From a virus: 46,820 bases of DNA. Location of the stretch: the IMG/VR virus record IMGVR_UViG_3300002063_000002, positions 1 through 46,820 of that record. The stretch is one strand, 5' to 3'. Position numbers and translations under genes: made by a program. Below the pieces are notes generated by a model that saw only the letters and a program-made list of their open reading frames with translations, did not search any database and was not told where the DNA came from. Every line of letters begins with the position of its first letter. Positions within the stretch are counted from its first letter, which is position 1. Shown in pieces: positions 8,928-18,396 of the stretch.

Positions 8928-9215
8928 ATGAAATTAGTTATTCCAGACACACCGGAACGAATCAACAAATTAATTCAGCTTGCTGGGTTAAATGAACAAT
9001 TAAATGTTGGTCGTAAAACCGGAGATAAAAATGACCTACTGATTTTTAATTCAGGAGGGACACTGCTTTACGTTGAGACGGGAGCAGATGCGACAGACAC
9101 AGATGGTCTACCTTTTGCAGACGGAGCATTCTTTACGATGCCCGCTGATCACTTAACGGAATACAGCTTTGTTTCTGTAGGTGGACCAGGAGAGGTAAGA
9201 TTATTAGCACACTAA
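8928..9215 (+). CDS. Hypothetical protein (connector/head-completion size)
   Basis: 95-aa ORF in the late operon. Confidence 0.6.
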   Translation: MKLVIPDTPERINKLIQLAGLNEQLNVGRKTGDKNDLLIFNSGGTLLYVETGADATDTDGLPFADGAFFTMPADHLTEYSFVSVGGPGEVRLLAH

Positions 9216-9224
9216 ACCAAATAT

Positions 9225-9557
9225 ATGTCATCACCAAACATGAGCGTTCCTAGCGGAACAGCAGCTTCAGGGCCTGTGGCTACAGAAGCAAAACAAGATT
9301 TGATTATTGCACAGCAAGAAGCACTCTTGAAAGATACAAAGCTCCAAGACTACAAATTTGTAGACGGAGATGAATCAGGGGTCCCTGCATATTACGGTTT
9401 CCAAGACGTAGACGGTAATTTCTATATTTTGCGGTACGATGAAACTGGACCCTTAGTCGGTCGATATTTCTATGGTGCAGCAGGAGGTTACGCAGCTGCT
9501 TGGGCAGGTCGTGCGGGTCTCGCATATGATACGCCTGAAAACGTAACAGAATTATAA
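9225..9557 (+). CDS. Hypothetical protein (connector/head-completion size)
   Basis: 110-aa ORF in the late operon. Confidence 0.6.
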   Translation: MSSPNMSVPSGTAASGPVATEAKQDLIIAQQEALLKDTKLQDYKFVDGDESGVPAYYGFQDVDGNFYILRYDETGPLVGRYFYGAAGGYAAAWAGRAGLAYDTPENVTEL

Positions 9558-9573
9558 AATAACTAAGTAATCT

Positions 9574-9993
9574 ATGACCACTAAATTTCGACAAAAATTC
9601 AATCCAATTGAGGGACGATTCAACTTAGTAACTGAAAGTTCTTTAAACTTTCGAGTGGCTAATACGTTCGTTGCGGGAGATATAGTGCGTCAATCAGCGC
9701 CAGGCTCTTTTGTCTTGGCTCTTGCTGATGCTAATACGAACATTAGCTCTTATGTTATTGAATCTGCTTCAGGTACTGAGTTTGCTCTTGCAGAGCGAGC
9801 ATCAGTTCTTCCGTTACGGAACGAAACAACAATTACTTTTGCAGCAGACGATCCGGTTTATTTGTCGGCATCTGAACCTGGAAAGGTTACTAACGTACAG
9901 CCTGCGCTGGGCGACTTTGTTGTACCTATCGGGCGTGCATTATCAGCAACAGAATTTGACTACACAGGTGTAGTTGGATTTAACACTATTTAA
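9574..9993 (+). CDS. Hypothetical structural protein
   Basis: 139-aa ORF in the late operon. Confidence 0.6.
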   Translation: MTTKFRQKFNPIEGRFNLVTESSLNFRVANTFVAGDIVRQSAPGSFVLALADANTNISSYVIESASGTEFALAERASVLPLRNETTITFAADDPVYLSASEPGKVTNVQPALGDFVVPIGRALSATEFDYTGVVGFNTI

Positions 9994-9997
9994 TAAT

Positions 9998-11833
9998 ATG
10001 TCATTTGTAACAATTTTTAGAAAAGATGAATACGAAGCGTATACCAATTTCGCATCTTTCCCAACAACTGGTAAAACAGACACAACATATCTTAACCAAG
10101 CTACTGGTGAGGTATACGAATGGAATGGTACTGCGTATGAAAAAATTGGTTCTTCAATCATCGATGTAGATGACTTGGTAACTTTAACGGGTCTAGCTGC
10201 AAACGCTAAAGACTTCGGTACTTTTACTGGAACCTTAATTGGAGACAATCTTACGTTAAAACCTATTCTGCAAGCGCTAGAATTATCAACTCAATCAAAC
10301 ATTAATTCAACACTTGCATCAGGAGGTATCTTGGTGGGTAATGCTTCCAATGTAGCTACTGCTGTAACTCCATCGGGAGATGTGACTATGACAAATGGTG
10401 GTGTGTTTACGCTGGGTAATACTGGGGTAACTGCTGGTACATACGGAGACGCAAACACTTTGGTGCAATTTACTGTTGACGCTAAGGGGCGAATAACTGG
10501 TACTACAGAGGTAGATATTGATCATGATGCTTTAACTAATTTTGTTGCTAATGAGCATATTGATCACTCTTCTGTGAGTGTGGGTACGGCTAATGATTCT
10601 GGTTTGGCTGGTGGTGGTGATCTTACTGCTACTCGAAATCTTAGCGTAGATATTGATGGTACAACTGATCTTGGAGCTACACCAGATGGGGCAGACTTTA
10701 TTATGTTATGGGATTCTTCAGCTGGGGTACTACGCAAGGTGTCAATTACTAATTTTAACTCTTCTAATGTAGGTAAATTAGATTACCAAGGTACATGGGA
10801 TGCAACTGCAAACACCCCTGCACTAGCAGATGGTGTTGGTACTAAAGGACACTACTATGTAGTAGGAACAGCAGGAGCCACAAATATTGACGGTATTACT
10901 GACTGGAAAGTTGGAGACTGGATTGTATTTAATGGAACTGTCTGGGAAAAAGCGGACCACACTGACCAAGTATCAAGTGTATTTGGACGAACAGGGGCTG
11001 TAGTAGCTGTGGCTGGAGATTACAATGCTTTGCAAATTACTTATGATAACACTACTTCTGGTCTTGTAGCTGTTACTACTCAGGCTGCTATTGATGAACT
11101 ACAAGCAATTTTTGATCAAATTAATCCTCAAGTAACAGTAACTGGTCATGGATTTGTTGCAGGGCAAGCGATCTATTTTGATGGTACAGATTGGTTATCA
11201 GGATTGGCGGACGATGGTGCTACTGTAGCGACTGCTGTAGTGGGATCTGTTGTTGATGCTAATACATTTACATTGGCGAAAAATGGTCAAATCGTGACTG
11301 TTGTTCCTGCTCCATTGCAGGGTACTGCTGTGACTTTAGCATCTGGAGACTTTATGTATGTTTCAGATACTGAAGCAGGTAAGTATGTAACTACACGACC
11401 AACAATATCAAACTTGATGGGTCAAATGGTTTCTGCTACACAAATGATGGTTCAAGGTGTTACTGCATTCTCTGGAGGTTCTGGCTCAGGGGGTGGAGGT
11501 GGAGGTGGGGTTGCTGCAACTACATTTGCAGCTCTTACAGATACACCAGCATCACTAGCAGGGCAAGGAGGAAAGGTTGTTGTGGTTAACGCAGCAGGAA
11601 ATGCATTAGAGTTTTTGACTGAAGTCAGAGACAGACAAACAGGTATTACTGGATCAGTGGTTACCTTACCTTCTGTTCCTACTGTTGGTCAACCTGTGGA
11701 CGTTATGCTAAATGGTCAAGTTATGGATTTGACTGGTGATTACACAATCTCAGGAGATACCATTACATTTTTAGCGCCATTTGCTCCTTTAATAGCAAGT
11801 GATATTATTAAAACTAATTACAGAACTTCTTAG
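9998..11833 (+). CDS. Tail-fibre-like protein 1
   Basis: Start at ATG 9998 (TAA-TAAT-ATG junction). Fibre-type motifs include GDVTMTNGGVFTLGNTGVTAGTYGDANTLVQFTVDAKGRITG and YQGTWDATANTPAL...GHYYVV...WKVGDWIVFNGTVWEK. It also has a G-run linker and a ~55-aa C-terminal module shared with gene 13963. Confidence 0.7.
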   Translation: MSFVTIFRKDEYEAYTNFASFPTTGKTDTTYLNQATGEVYEWNGTAYEKIGSSIIDVDDLVTLTGLAANAKDFGTFTGTLIGDNLTLKPILQALELSTQSNINSTLASGGILVGNASNVATAVTPSGDVTMTNGGVFTLGNTGVTAGTYGDANTLVQFTVDAKGRITGTTEVDIDHDALTNFVANEHIDHSSVSVGTANDSGLAGGGDLTATRNLSVDIDGTTDLGATPDGADFIMLWDSSAGVLRKVSITNFNSSNVGKLDYQGTWDATANTPALADGVGTKGHYYVVGTAGATNIDGITDWKVGDWIVFNGTVWEKADHTDQVSSVFGRTGAVVAVAGDYNALQITYDNTTSGLVAVTTQAAIDELQAIFDQINPQVTVTGHGFVAGQAIYFDGTDWLSGLADDGATVATAVVGSVVDANTFTLAKNGQIVTVVPAPLQGTAVTLASGDFMYVSDTEAGKYVTTRPTISNLMGQMVSATQMMVQGVTAFSGGSGSGGGGGGGVAATTFAALTDTPASLAGQGGKVVVVNAAGNALEFLTEVRDRQTGITGSVVTLPSVPTVGQPVDVMLNGQVMDLTGDYTISGDTITFLAPFAPLIASDIIKTNYRTS

Positions 11834-11837
11834 GCTT

Positions 11838-13085
11838 ATGACATCAGAATTACGACAACAACAATATGCACCACGGAATAATTTTAATGGTGCAGCAGCG
11901 CCAGGGCTTACTAATGACTCTGCTGAGGGGTACGTAAAAGGATCTTACTGGTTTGATCAGTCTGTATCTCCTGTGGCTATTTATATTTGTACAGATCCTA
12001 CGGCTGGCGCAGCTGTGTGGGAGATTTATGGATCTGGATTTGCCAGTGCGCCCATTACTCAAACACGAGCTCCCTTGCCTACAGATGATTTAGGTCAAGG
12101 TTACTCAGTGAATTCACTTTGGCAATTTGGTGATGAATTATATAAATCATTTGTAGATGCAGACGATAGCGCAGTTTGGTACCGAGTCGCTCCAGACGGA
12201 GTTACTGTTATTTTTGATCGAGATCCTACTGTTGATGATGACGTTACTTTTGGGTTTACGGTTCCGTACACTCCATGGCTTAACTCTGTTTCAGGTCAAA
12301 CATTTACACTAAACAACAACGGCCCAGATGGAGCGGCTGATTGGTTGGGAGCAACAGCGGGAGAAGTACCTCAGGGAATTGTAAATATTGACTTAGCGGC
12401 AGCTACTCAAGTAGCGACTGTGGCATTTACAAACCCTGAAGCCTTAATGATCGCAGACACAGGGGATACTTTTTATTCTGTAGTTCCGAATATTTATCGA
12501 CAGTACCCTATGTCTAATCCTGGTGACATTACAACTGTAGCAGGATTTACAACAGGTTCCGGATCTGGTTCAAATATTTTTGGTATGGATCTTATTTCAG
12601 GGGGAACAAGAATGTATCACTGTCAAGGAACTAACATAAGACGTTCAACATTGGCAACACCTTATGACATTGATACTATTCCTACCTTTAATGACTCAGG
12701 TCAGTCATTTAATACAGGAGTTTCAGGTATTGATGATTGTTCTGTGGTTGATGATGAGTCATATGTTTATACAGCTGACGGAGCTAATGTGAGAGCTTAC
12801 AACCTTGTTACCGCAGGTGATGTAACAACTGCCGTTTTGACAGCCACTTTCCCAAGTTCGGCTCGAGGAGTAGATGCATCTCCTGATGGTAAAGAAATTT
12901 ACTTCATGAAAGCAGATGCTGTATTAGAACGATGGTCAATGGCTACGCCAAATGATTTAGCTAATGCAACACTCCACTCTTCTCTTGATACAGGTCTTGT
13001 GAGCTTTAGCGAAGATTTAACAATTAACTTTACTTTGGGTCAACTTTACTTTACTCGAGGTACAACACTATATCAATATGCTTAA
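11838..13085 (+). CDS. Structural protein with a beta-propeller-like C-terminal repeat domain
   Basis: Start at ATG 11838, 4 nt after the previous stop. The C-terminal half has 4-5 blades of ~45 aa (..Y.....G..I.RS/AY.L.TP.D..T). Confidence 0.6.
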   Translation: MTSELRQQQYAPRNNFNGAAAPGLTNDSAEGYVKGSYWFDQSVSPVAIYICTDPTAGAAVWEIYGSGFASAPITQTRAPLPTDDLGQGYSVNSLWQFGDELYKSFVDADDSAVWYRVAPDGVTVIFDRDPTVDDDVTFGFTVPYTPWLNSVSGQTFTLNNNGPDGAADWLGATAGEVPQGIVNIDLAAATQVATVAFTNPEALMIADTGDTFYSVVPNIYRQYPMSNPGDITTVAGFTTGSGSGSNIFGMDLISGGTRMYHCQGTNIRRSTLATPYDIDTIPTFNDSGQSFNTGVSGIDDCSVVDDESYVYTADGANVRAYNLVTAGDVTTAVLTATFPSSARGVDASPDGKEIYFMKADAVLERWSMATPNDLANATLHSSLDTGLVSFSEDLTINFTLGQLYFTRGTTLYQYA

Positions 13086-13479
13086 AACACCAATACAAAA
13101 AAAAGAATTTAACTCAAGAGAGGAAGCTTCAGAATTTATGCAAAGTGGTTTTTTTGCTCTATGTATTATAAATGAAGATAATTCTGTTTATTATCAAGAA
13201 TTTACGAATAAAGAAGGAGTTGTGTTGAGTATGGAGTCTTATAACAATCTTTCTAAGATTGCGGAAGTAAAAACAGAAAAACGAGAAGAGATATTTTCCC
13301 AGCTTTCAGACTCAGATCAAAAAAATATCACAGCCGACCTATTGATGGCGGTTGTTGATGCGCTTCCAATTGAAATTCGTGACAACATTGACCAAGTAAA
13401 ACTGCAGCGAGCAATAGCAGCTTACTCATTTGTGAGGGAAGTAATTGCTAGGCCATTACCAGAAGAAACTAACGAATAA
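13078..13479 (+). CDS. Hypothetical protein
   Basis: 133-aa ORF with an 8-nt overlap on the previous gene. Confidence 0.6.
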   Translation: MLKTPIQKKEFNSREEASEFMQSGFFALCIINEDNSVYYQEFTNKEGVVLSMESYNNLSKIAEVKTEKREEIFSQLSDSDQKNITADLLMAVVDALPIEIRDNIDQVKLQRAIAAYSFVREVIARPLPEETNE

Positions 13480-13483
13480 TATT

Positions 13484-13957
13484 ATGTCATTTTTAGAAAC
13501 ATTCCCAGACAATCCAACAAAGACAATCGTAAAAACAGCGACTGAATCTCGTGTGAATACGGTTACTTCTGCGATTGACTCTGAATTAAAAGCGGACCTC
13601 GAGGCATCAACCAGTTACAGTTTCACTGCATTTCTTGCAGTGCGAGCATCTGGTGCTGCACCGTTGAACAATCCAGACTTCCGAGTACAGATTGTGGCCC
13701 CAGTAGGGACTACACTGTTGGCGGAAATCGCTCGAGAAGATAACTCGTCAAATATCGGAACAATGACTGCAGTAAATACAGACCTGTCAGGGCTAGCCCA
13801 GAACGGAGGACTAAAAAACTATGTTATTACTGGGACCATTACTATGGGGGCTACCGCCGGAGAGGTTGGTATTGGTTGGGCACAGGATATTCTTGATGCG
13901 GACACCAACACTGACTTACAAGCAAACAGTCACCTAACCTTTATCAAAGTAATCTAA
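13484..13957 (+). CDS. Hypothetical structural protein
   Basis: Start at ATG 13484 (TAA-TATT-ATG junction), 157 aa. Confidence 0.6.
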   Translation: MSFLETFPDNPTKTIVKTATESRVNTVTSAIDSELKADLEASTSYSFTAFLAVRASGAAPLNNPDFRVQIVAPVGTTLLAEIAREDNSSNIGTMTAVNTDLSGLAQNGGLKNYVITGTITMGATAGEVGIGWAQDILDADTNTDLQANSHLTFIKVI

Positions 13958-13962
13958 TTATT

Positions 13963-14913
13963 ATGTTTGTAACCTTTAAAACACCAAGGCAAGCAGAAAC
14001 AATTGACTATCCTTTATTGGGAGAGTTCGTTAATTTTTCTGATTATGTAGCCTCACCTTCAGGGGAGGCTATTGCCGTTGATGGGCAGAAGGTTGTACTA
14101 CTCAATGACGAGACATCTTTTAACCCGTTTGGTTTCTTCAAGAACAGGAACTTCACGGCAGGTACGTACATCGTAATGGATGGACGGCTACAATCTGTGG
14201 ATTTGTTCCACAAAGAAAACCTCATTGTAGAGGGATTCGATACTGACCTAGTGAATAAAGCACTGGTACCAAACTACCGGTATACATTCATGGCAGAAAA
14301 CCCACTGAACCTAACAGCGACAGGTAAAACTATCACTGACCAAGCAGGGGCACTGGTAGCACAGCCGTTTGTCCCAGAGATAAACGAGCGATACTTCCTA
14401 CGGTTACTCGAAAGCGGAGACTATGTTCTTGAACTAGAGACTGATGCAGTCACTGGTCCAGAGATGGGCGAAGAAGTATTTGAGGCATTTGCGGGAGGAG
14501 AGACGTCTGTGACACTCACGCAGTCTATCCCATCTAACGCCGTAGTAACGGTAGAACGACAAGGAGTAGAAATCTATGAGGGTCTTGCAAACGACTACAC
14601 AATAACTGGCCAGGTACTGACACCAGCAGCACCGTTTGTTGCCGGAGACAAGTTAGTTGTTCGATGGATTGTCTCATTCAACAAGGCCTACGAACAAGTA
14701 TGGTCTGTAGCAGATGGAGACATCGCAATAGGAGATACCTCATTCCTAGTTACTATTCCTATTACAGGGGACACCGTGAACCAGATATGGAAACGGCAAG
14801 GGGTGTCTATCTACGAAGGAGCGGCGAACGACTACACCCAGGCGGGTAATGCGTTCACACCGTTGCCTCCAGTAGTGGCAGGAGACAAGTTTAGTTTAAT
14901 AAGTTACACATAA
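13963..14913 (+). CDS. Structural protein with an internally duplicated ~55-aa module
   Basis: Residues about 175-235 and 255-315 repeat each other (RQGVEIYEGLANDYTITGQVLTPAAPFVAGDKL and RQGVSIYEGAANDYTQAGNAFTPLPPVVAGDKF). Both resemble the C-terminus of gene 9998. Confidence 0.65.
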   Translation: MFVTFKTPRQAETIDYPLLGEFVNFSDYVASPSGEAIAVDGQKVVLLNDETSFNPFGFFKNRNFTAGTYIVMDGRLQSVDLFHKENLIVEGFDTDLVNKALVPNYRYTFMAENPLNLTATGKTITDQAGALVAQPFVPEINERYFLRLLESGDYVLELETDAVTGPEMGEEVFEAFAGGETSVTLTQSIPSNAVVTVERQGVEIYEGLANDYTITGQVLTPAAPFVAGDKLVVRWIVSFNKAYEQVWSVADGDIAIGDTSFLVTIPITGDTVNQIWKRQGVSIYEGAANDYTQAGNAFTPLPPVVAGDKFSLISYT

Positions 14914-14926
14914 TAATCACATCACC

Positions 14927-17900
14927 ATGGCACAAATACGAAAAAATTGGAACCTAGAGAAAGACAATGACCGAGTACCATTCGGGCTAACCAACTCTCT
15001 AACAGACCCGCTAGCAATCGCACTAGCAGACATAGAAAAGCAAAACAGTTTGCTTATCACTACTACCGGAGCACCGGCTGGGGAATACACACTACCTGAT
15101 TTAACAGGGGTGACTACAGCAGGTCAATTCCTCACAGTAGTAAACAATGACACATCTACAGATGCGTTTGTTGTCAATGAGAAAGAAATTGAAATCGGAC
15201 AGTCGTTCCGATTTGAGTGGGACGGTGATGCGTGGACCAATGGTGGTGGAGGTGCTGAGGACACATCTGACTTATTCAAGCAGATAAACGCTGGATGGGA
15301 GGCATCTGGTAGTGGCCCTAATGTTGCGGAACTAATTGATGGTGCAGACGATAAAGGAACATTTGTTCGTGTTGAATCTAATTCAGCATCACAGTGGGGA
15401 TTCCTAATAAACGACGCACCTGTTGCTCAAGGAGAACTTATCCGTATTGATTTTGACCTGGACCCGACAGCAACACAAACTGCTGCTATTCGTGGTGTAA
15501 TTGCTGGAGCAACAATCCGAGACATTGTAATAGACCCTACAGGAACAGACTTTGCGAGTATCTTTACTGAGAAGAATCCAGGTTCCCTTGTTATGCGAGA
15601 AGACCTATCATCTATTCATGACGAAACAGTAACGCTTGTTGCAGAGGCTCTTGTTGCTCTCCCACAAGGGTGGCAGTTCTACGCAGACTATGGGTTTGCG
15701 GGAGCAATAACTTCTGGTGCAGGTGCAACAGGAGGAATCAATCTACGAAGACTAGATTCAAACTATGATGCCGAGGAAGAAATTACTGGTCTTGCAACAT
15801 ACTACGAAGGGCACCGACAGCAAATGGCTGGTGTTCTACAGTCACGAATATCTGTTGGAACATCAGACGTTGATGGCTTTGAGGCTGCAACTATTTCAGA
15901 TGTGAGTACCACAGAACTTGGAATCATGCAGGTTGCGGTACCGACAGAAGGGACAACTCAAACATACAGCATAGAGTTAGAACTAGACCCTACAAAGGCT
16001 ATTACTATGGGTATTTATGTTACAGCGATGTCTGGTCCAACTGACCAAATCAGATTCTTGCTGGAAAACTCAAACCAACAAATCTCAAATGCGAATCCGT
16101 CTCCTCTTGTAGGTAACGGTATTGTTTCTGGTTCTGCGACTCTTACAAATCTATATGGAAACGTATTCCGATTTGATGCTGAGATTGAGTTCGTAAATGA
16201 TACATCAGACCGTCTTGTAGAGATTTTGCCTGTAGTTGGGCCAGTTCCATACCCAGGAGGAGACTTCTCTAACCTAACTGACTCTGTGAAACTAGTTTCA
16301 AAAATTACAACTGACTCAGATAAAAACGTTGAGTTTAATAATCTTGTTGGAGACTCTGAAATTGCAATCGGTGAATACAATGTAGATGTTGCCGTTCCAG
16401 GTGCAGCATTTGTACCAATTGATACAGGGATTGACCTAACTGATGCCTATAGAATTGAGGTGACTGTAGCAAACTCTTTAGGAGAAAACTCAAGTGCGGA
16501 CAGCGTGCTGATGTCTGAAATCATACTAGATGATGATGACGGAGGTATCTTGAAATGGGCTGGTAGTGCTTTCTTGAAGTTGCGAATAAACTCTGCCGAT
16601 ATTACATCGGGGATTATCCAAATATCATCACCTAATATTGTTAACCGACTGGTAACAAAAGTTAAGGTGACAAAGATTGTGGCCGTAACTGACACTGAAC
16701 CAAGCACACGTATTGGTGAAATGTTCTACGCTAAATCAGGTAGCACAGTAACAGGGTATCTACCTGTTACACCTGGAACTGTAGTTAGTGGAGCAACCAT
16801 GTACCCTATCTGGGCAGCAATGTACCCAGAGTTTGTATCAGGAGACGATATTGTATTCCCAGCAGATGTAGACGGGATGTTCCTACGTAACCTGGGTGGA
16901 GGTGCTGGAGCCGAAGGAGTATTCCAGGCAGAAGAAGTTGGACCACACACTCACGCATACACAGATAGACGAGGTACAGGATTTGTAGCACGAGGTAACA
17001 ACGGGAACACTGCTCGTAGTGGAAACTTTGCTACAGACTCAAAGACTTCATCGGCAAACGCTGGAACAGAAACACGACCAGACAACCGTGCATACCAACT
17101 CTACACAATCGTAGATTCATACCGAGAAATGTCTCAGGTAAACCTAGTGCCTGTAGAGGACTTGGTTAAATACGCAGCATACGGAGGAACAGACGATGAT
17201 AATGTATCAAGTGGAGAATACTTGCAGTTAGATGATATTTTTGCACCAGTTACTCCACACATTGATACTAATGGGCTTACATTTAACACAGCATCTCCGT
17301 ATAACCCGATTATTCCTAGAGATGGTATCTACTCTGTAGTAATCGGAATCACTTGTAGTTACGAAGATGGAGACCGAGAGTTCGGGTACAACCTAAAACT
17401 AGACGGTACAACAGTGGACCGACAGTTTACAGGTTTACACTCAACAACTGCATCTAATCACCTGACACTTCGATACACAGGACCATTGACCACAACATCA
17501 GAACTTGGCGCAGAGGCAACAGGACTTGGGAGTGATATTCGTATCACAAACACAGGTATCGAGATTATCGAATTGCCTTCAAAAACAGTAGTCAGCGCTA
17601 ATGATGTCGAAGTGGTAGGCGCACAGGGATCAGGACAAATCTTAGAACTAAATGGAGATGGAACTGCAAGTCCAGTGAACAAACGAACATTGCCAGCAGG
17701 ACAACTTATCGTTGGGACAATCAATGGAGACACTCTATTGGCTAACTACGGTGTTGGTGTACCATTCCACTTCCAAACAAGTGATGCTCCAGCAGGAGTG
17801 ACTATCACATCAGCGACAGACATCGGAACCATTATTGATGGAGATGCCATCTCTGGTCCTGGTCCGAAAGTAATCCCTGCATCAACACAGGGGTATATGA

Positions 17901-18391
17901 CCAAAGGTCTTTTGGGAAATGTGACTATCTTCTATACAACATCAGGATTTAATGGAGACCTGGTAGGTAATCAGGCTAATAATGCCATTCTAAGGCTAGA
18001 AGAAACTCTTGGTAACAAAGAGTTTTGGCTAAGCCGATTTTCTAACCGAACAGTTCTGGCAACATCAGATACATTTGAGTTTAGAGAAAACTCAACAGAC
18101 GGTGTTGATGGAGACGTTGTAGATTTCAGTAAAAAAGAGCAAAGAGGTGAAGTTCCTACACAAAACAACGTAGGTAACGGGGCTGATGTTAAAACAACTA
18201 CGTTCCCAACTCCGTTTCTAACTGTGCCTGTCGTAACCGCCACTGGTTTCAACAGCACTGGTAACGGGCAGGGAATTGTAATTACAATTGTAGGTATAAC
18301 TACCACAGGATTTACTTGGGTTGCTCACCGAAATGATGGTATTCCGTTTAGTAACTACGCAGGTCTACAATGGACTGCTAAAGAAATCTAA
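14927..18391 (+). CDS. Large tail fibre/spike protein with a phage tail-collar-like domain and an H-type-lectin-like C-terminus
   Basis: 1154 aa. IGEMFYA...GYLPV...MYPIWAAMYPEF...FPADVDGMFLRNLGGG...VGPHTHAY matches the tail-collar (MdpB-like) pattern. The last ~70 aa, TFPTPFLTVPVVTATGF...ITTTGFTWVAH...LQWTAKE, match the H-type lectin pattern. Confidence 0.7.
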   Translation: MAQIRKNWNLEKDNDRVPFGLTNSLTDPLAIALADIEKQNSLLITTTGAPAGEYTLPDLTGVTTAGQFLTVVNNDTSTDAFVVNEKEIEIGQSFRFEWDGDAWTNGGGGAEDTSDLFKQINAGWEASGSGPNVAELIDGADDKGTFVRVESNSASQWGFLINDAPVAQGELIRIDFDLDPTATQTAAIRGVIAGATIRDIVIDPTGTDFASIFTEKNPGSLVMREDLSSIHDETVTLVAEALVALPQGWQFYADYGFAGAITSGAGATGGINLRRLDSNYDAEEEITGLATYYEGHRQQMAGVLQSRISVGTSDVDGFEAATISDVSTTELGIMQVAVPTEGTTQTYSIELELDPTKAITMGIYVTAMSGPTDQIRFLLENSNQQISNANPSPLVGNGIVSGSATLTNLYGNVFRFDAEIEFVNDTSDRLVEILPVVGPVPYPGGDFSNLTDSVKLVSKITTDSDKNVEFNNLVGDSEIAIGEYNVDVAVPGAAFVPIDTGIDLTDAYRIEVTVANSLGENSSADSVLMSEIILDDDDGGILKWAGSAFLKLRINSADITSGIIQISSPNIVNRLVTKVKVTKIVAVTDTEPSTRIGEMFYAKSGSTVTGYLPVTPGTVVSGATMYPIWAAMYPEFVSGDDIVFPADVDGMFLRNLGGGAGAEGVFQAEEVGPHTHAYTDRRGTGFVARGNNGNTARSGNFATDSKTSSANAGTETRPDNRAYQLYTIVDSYREMSQVNLVPVEDLVKYAAYGGTDDDNVSSGEYLQLDDIFAPVTPHIDTNGLTFNTASPYNPIIPRDGIYSVVIGITCSYEDGDREFGYNLKLDGTTVDRQFTGLHSTTASNHLTLRYTGPLTTTSELGAEATGLGSDIRITNTGIEIIELPSKTVVSANDVEVVGAQGSGQILELNGDGTASPVNKRTLPAGQLIVGTINGDTLLANYGVGVPFHFQTSDAPAGVTITSATDIGTIIDGDAISGPGPKVIPASTQGYMTKGLLGNVTIFYTTSGFNGDLVGNQANNAILRLEETLGNKEFWLSRFSNRTVLATSDTFEFRENSTDGVDGDVVDFSKKEQRGEVPTQNNVGNGADVKTTTFPTPFLTVPVVTATGFNSTGNGQGIVITIVGITTTGFTWVAHRNDGIPFSNYAGLQWTAKEI

Positions 18392-18396
18392 TAATT

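Noticed and set aside
8685-8995. ORFs 8685-8912 (-) and 8795-8995 (+) in the gap after the capsid gene.
   Set aside because: They overlap the capsid gene end, the post-capsid hairpin and the start of gene 8928. They have no coupled junctions and are likely spurious.
11474-11509. A glycine homopolymer-like run (GGSGSGGGGGGG), considered as an assembly artefact or frameshift hotspot.
   Set aside because: The reading frame is intact on both sides and the run separates two fibre domains, so it is consistent with a flexible linker.
14485-14907. Diversity-generating retroelement (template/variable repeat pair) in the fibre gene.
   Set aside because: The two copies are in-frame protein-domain duplicates about 65% identical at DNA level, with substitutions at all base types rather than adenine-specific ones. 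No RT gene is present.
16015-16380. Antisense ORFs inside long structural genes. Examples are 1520-1894, 16015-16380, 16447-16707, 17458-17733, 17971-18306, 24652-24966 and 30369-30701, all on the minus strand.
   Set aside because: They lie wholly within and opposite to long, motif-supported CDSs. Their composition is low-complexity (Ser/Pro/Val/Thr-rich) and they have no independent start context. They are typical shadow ORFs.
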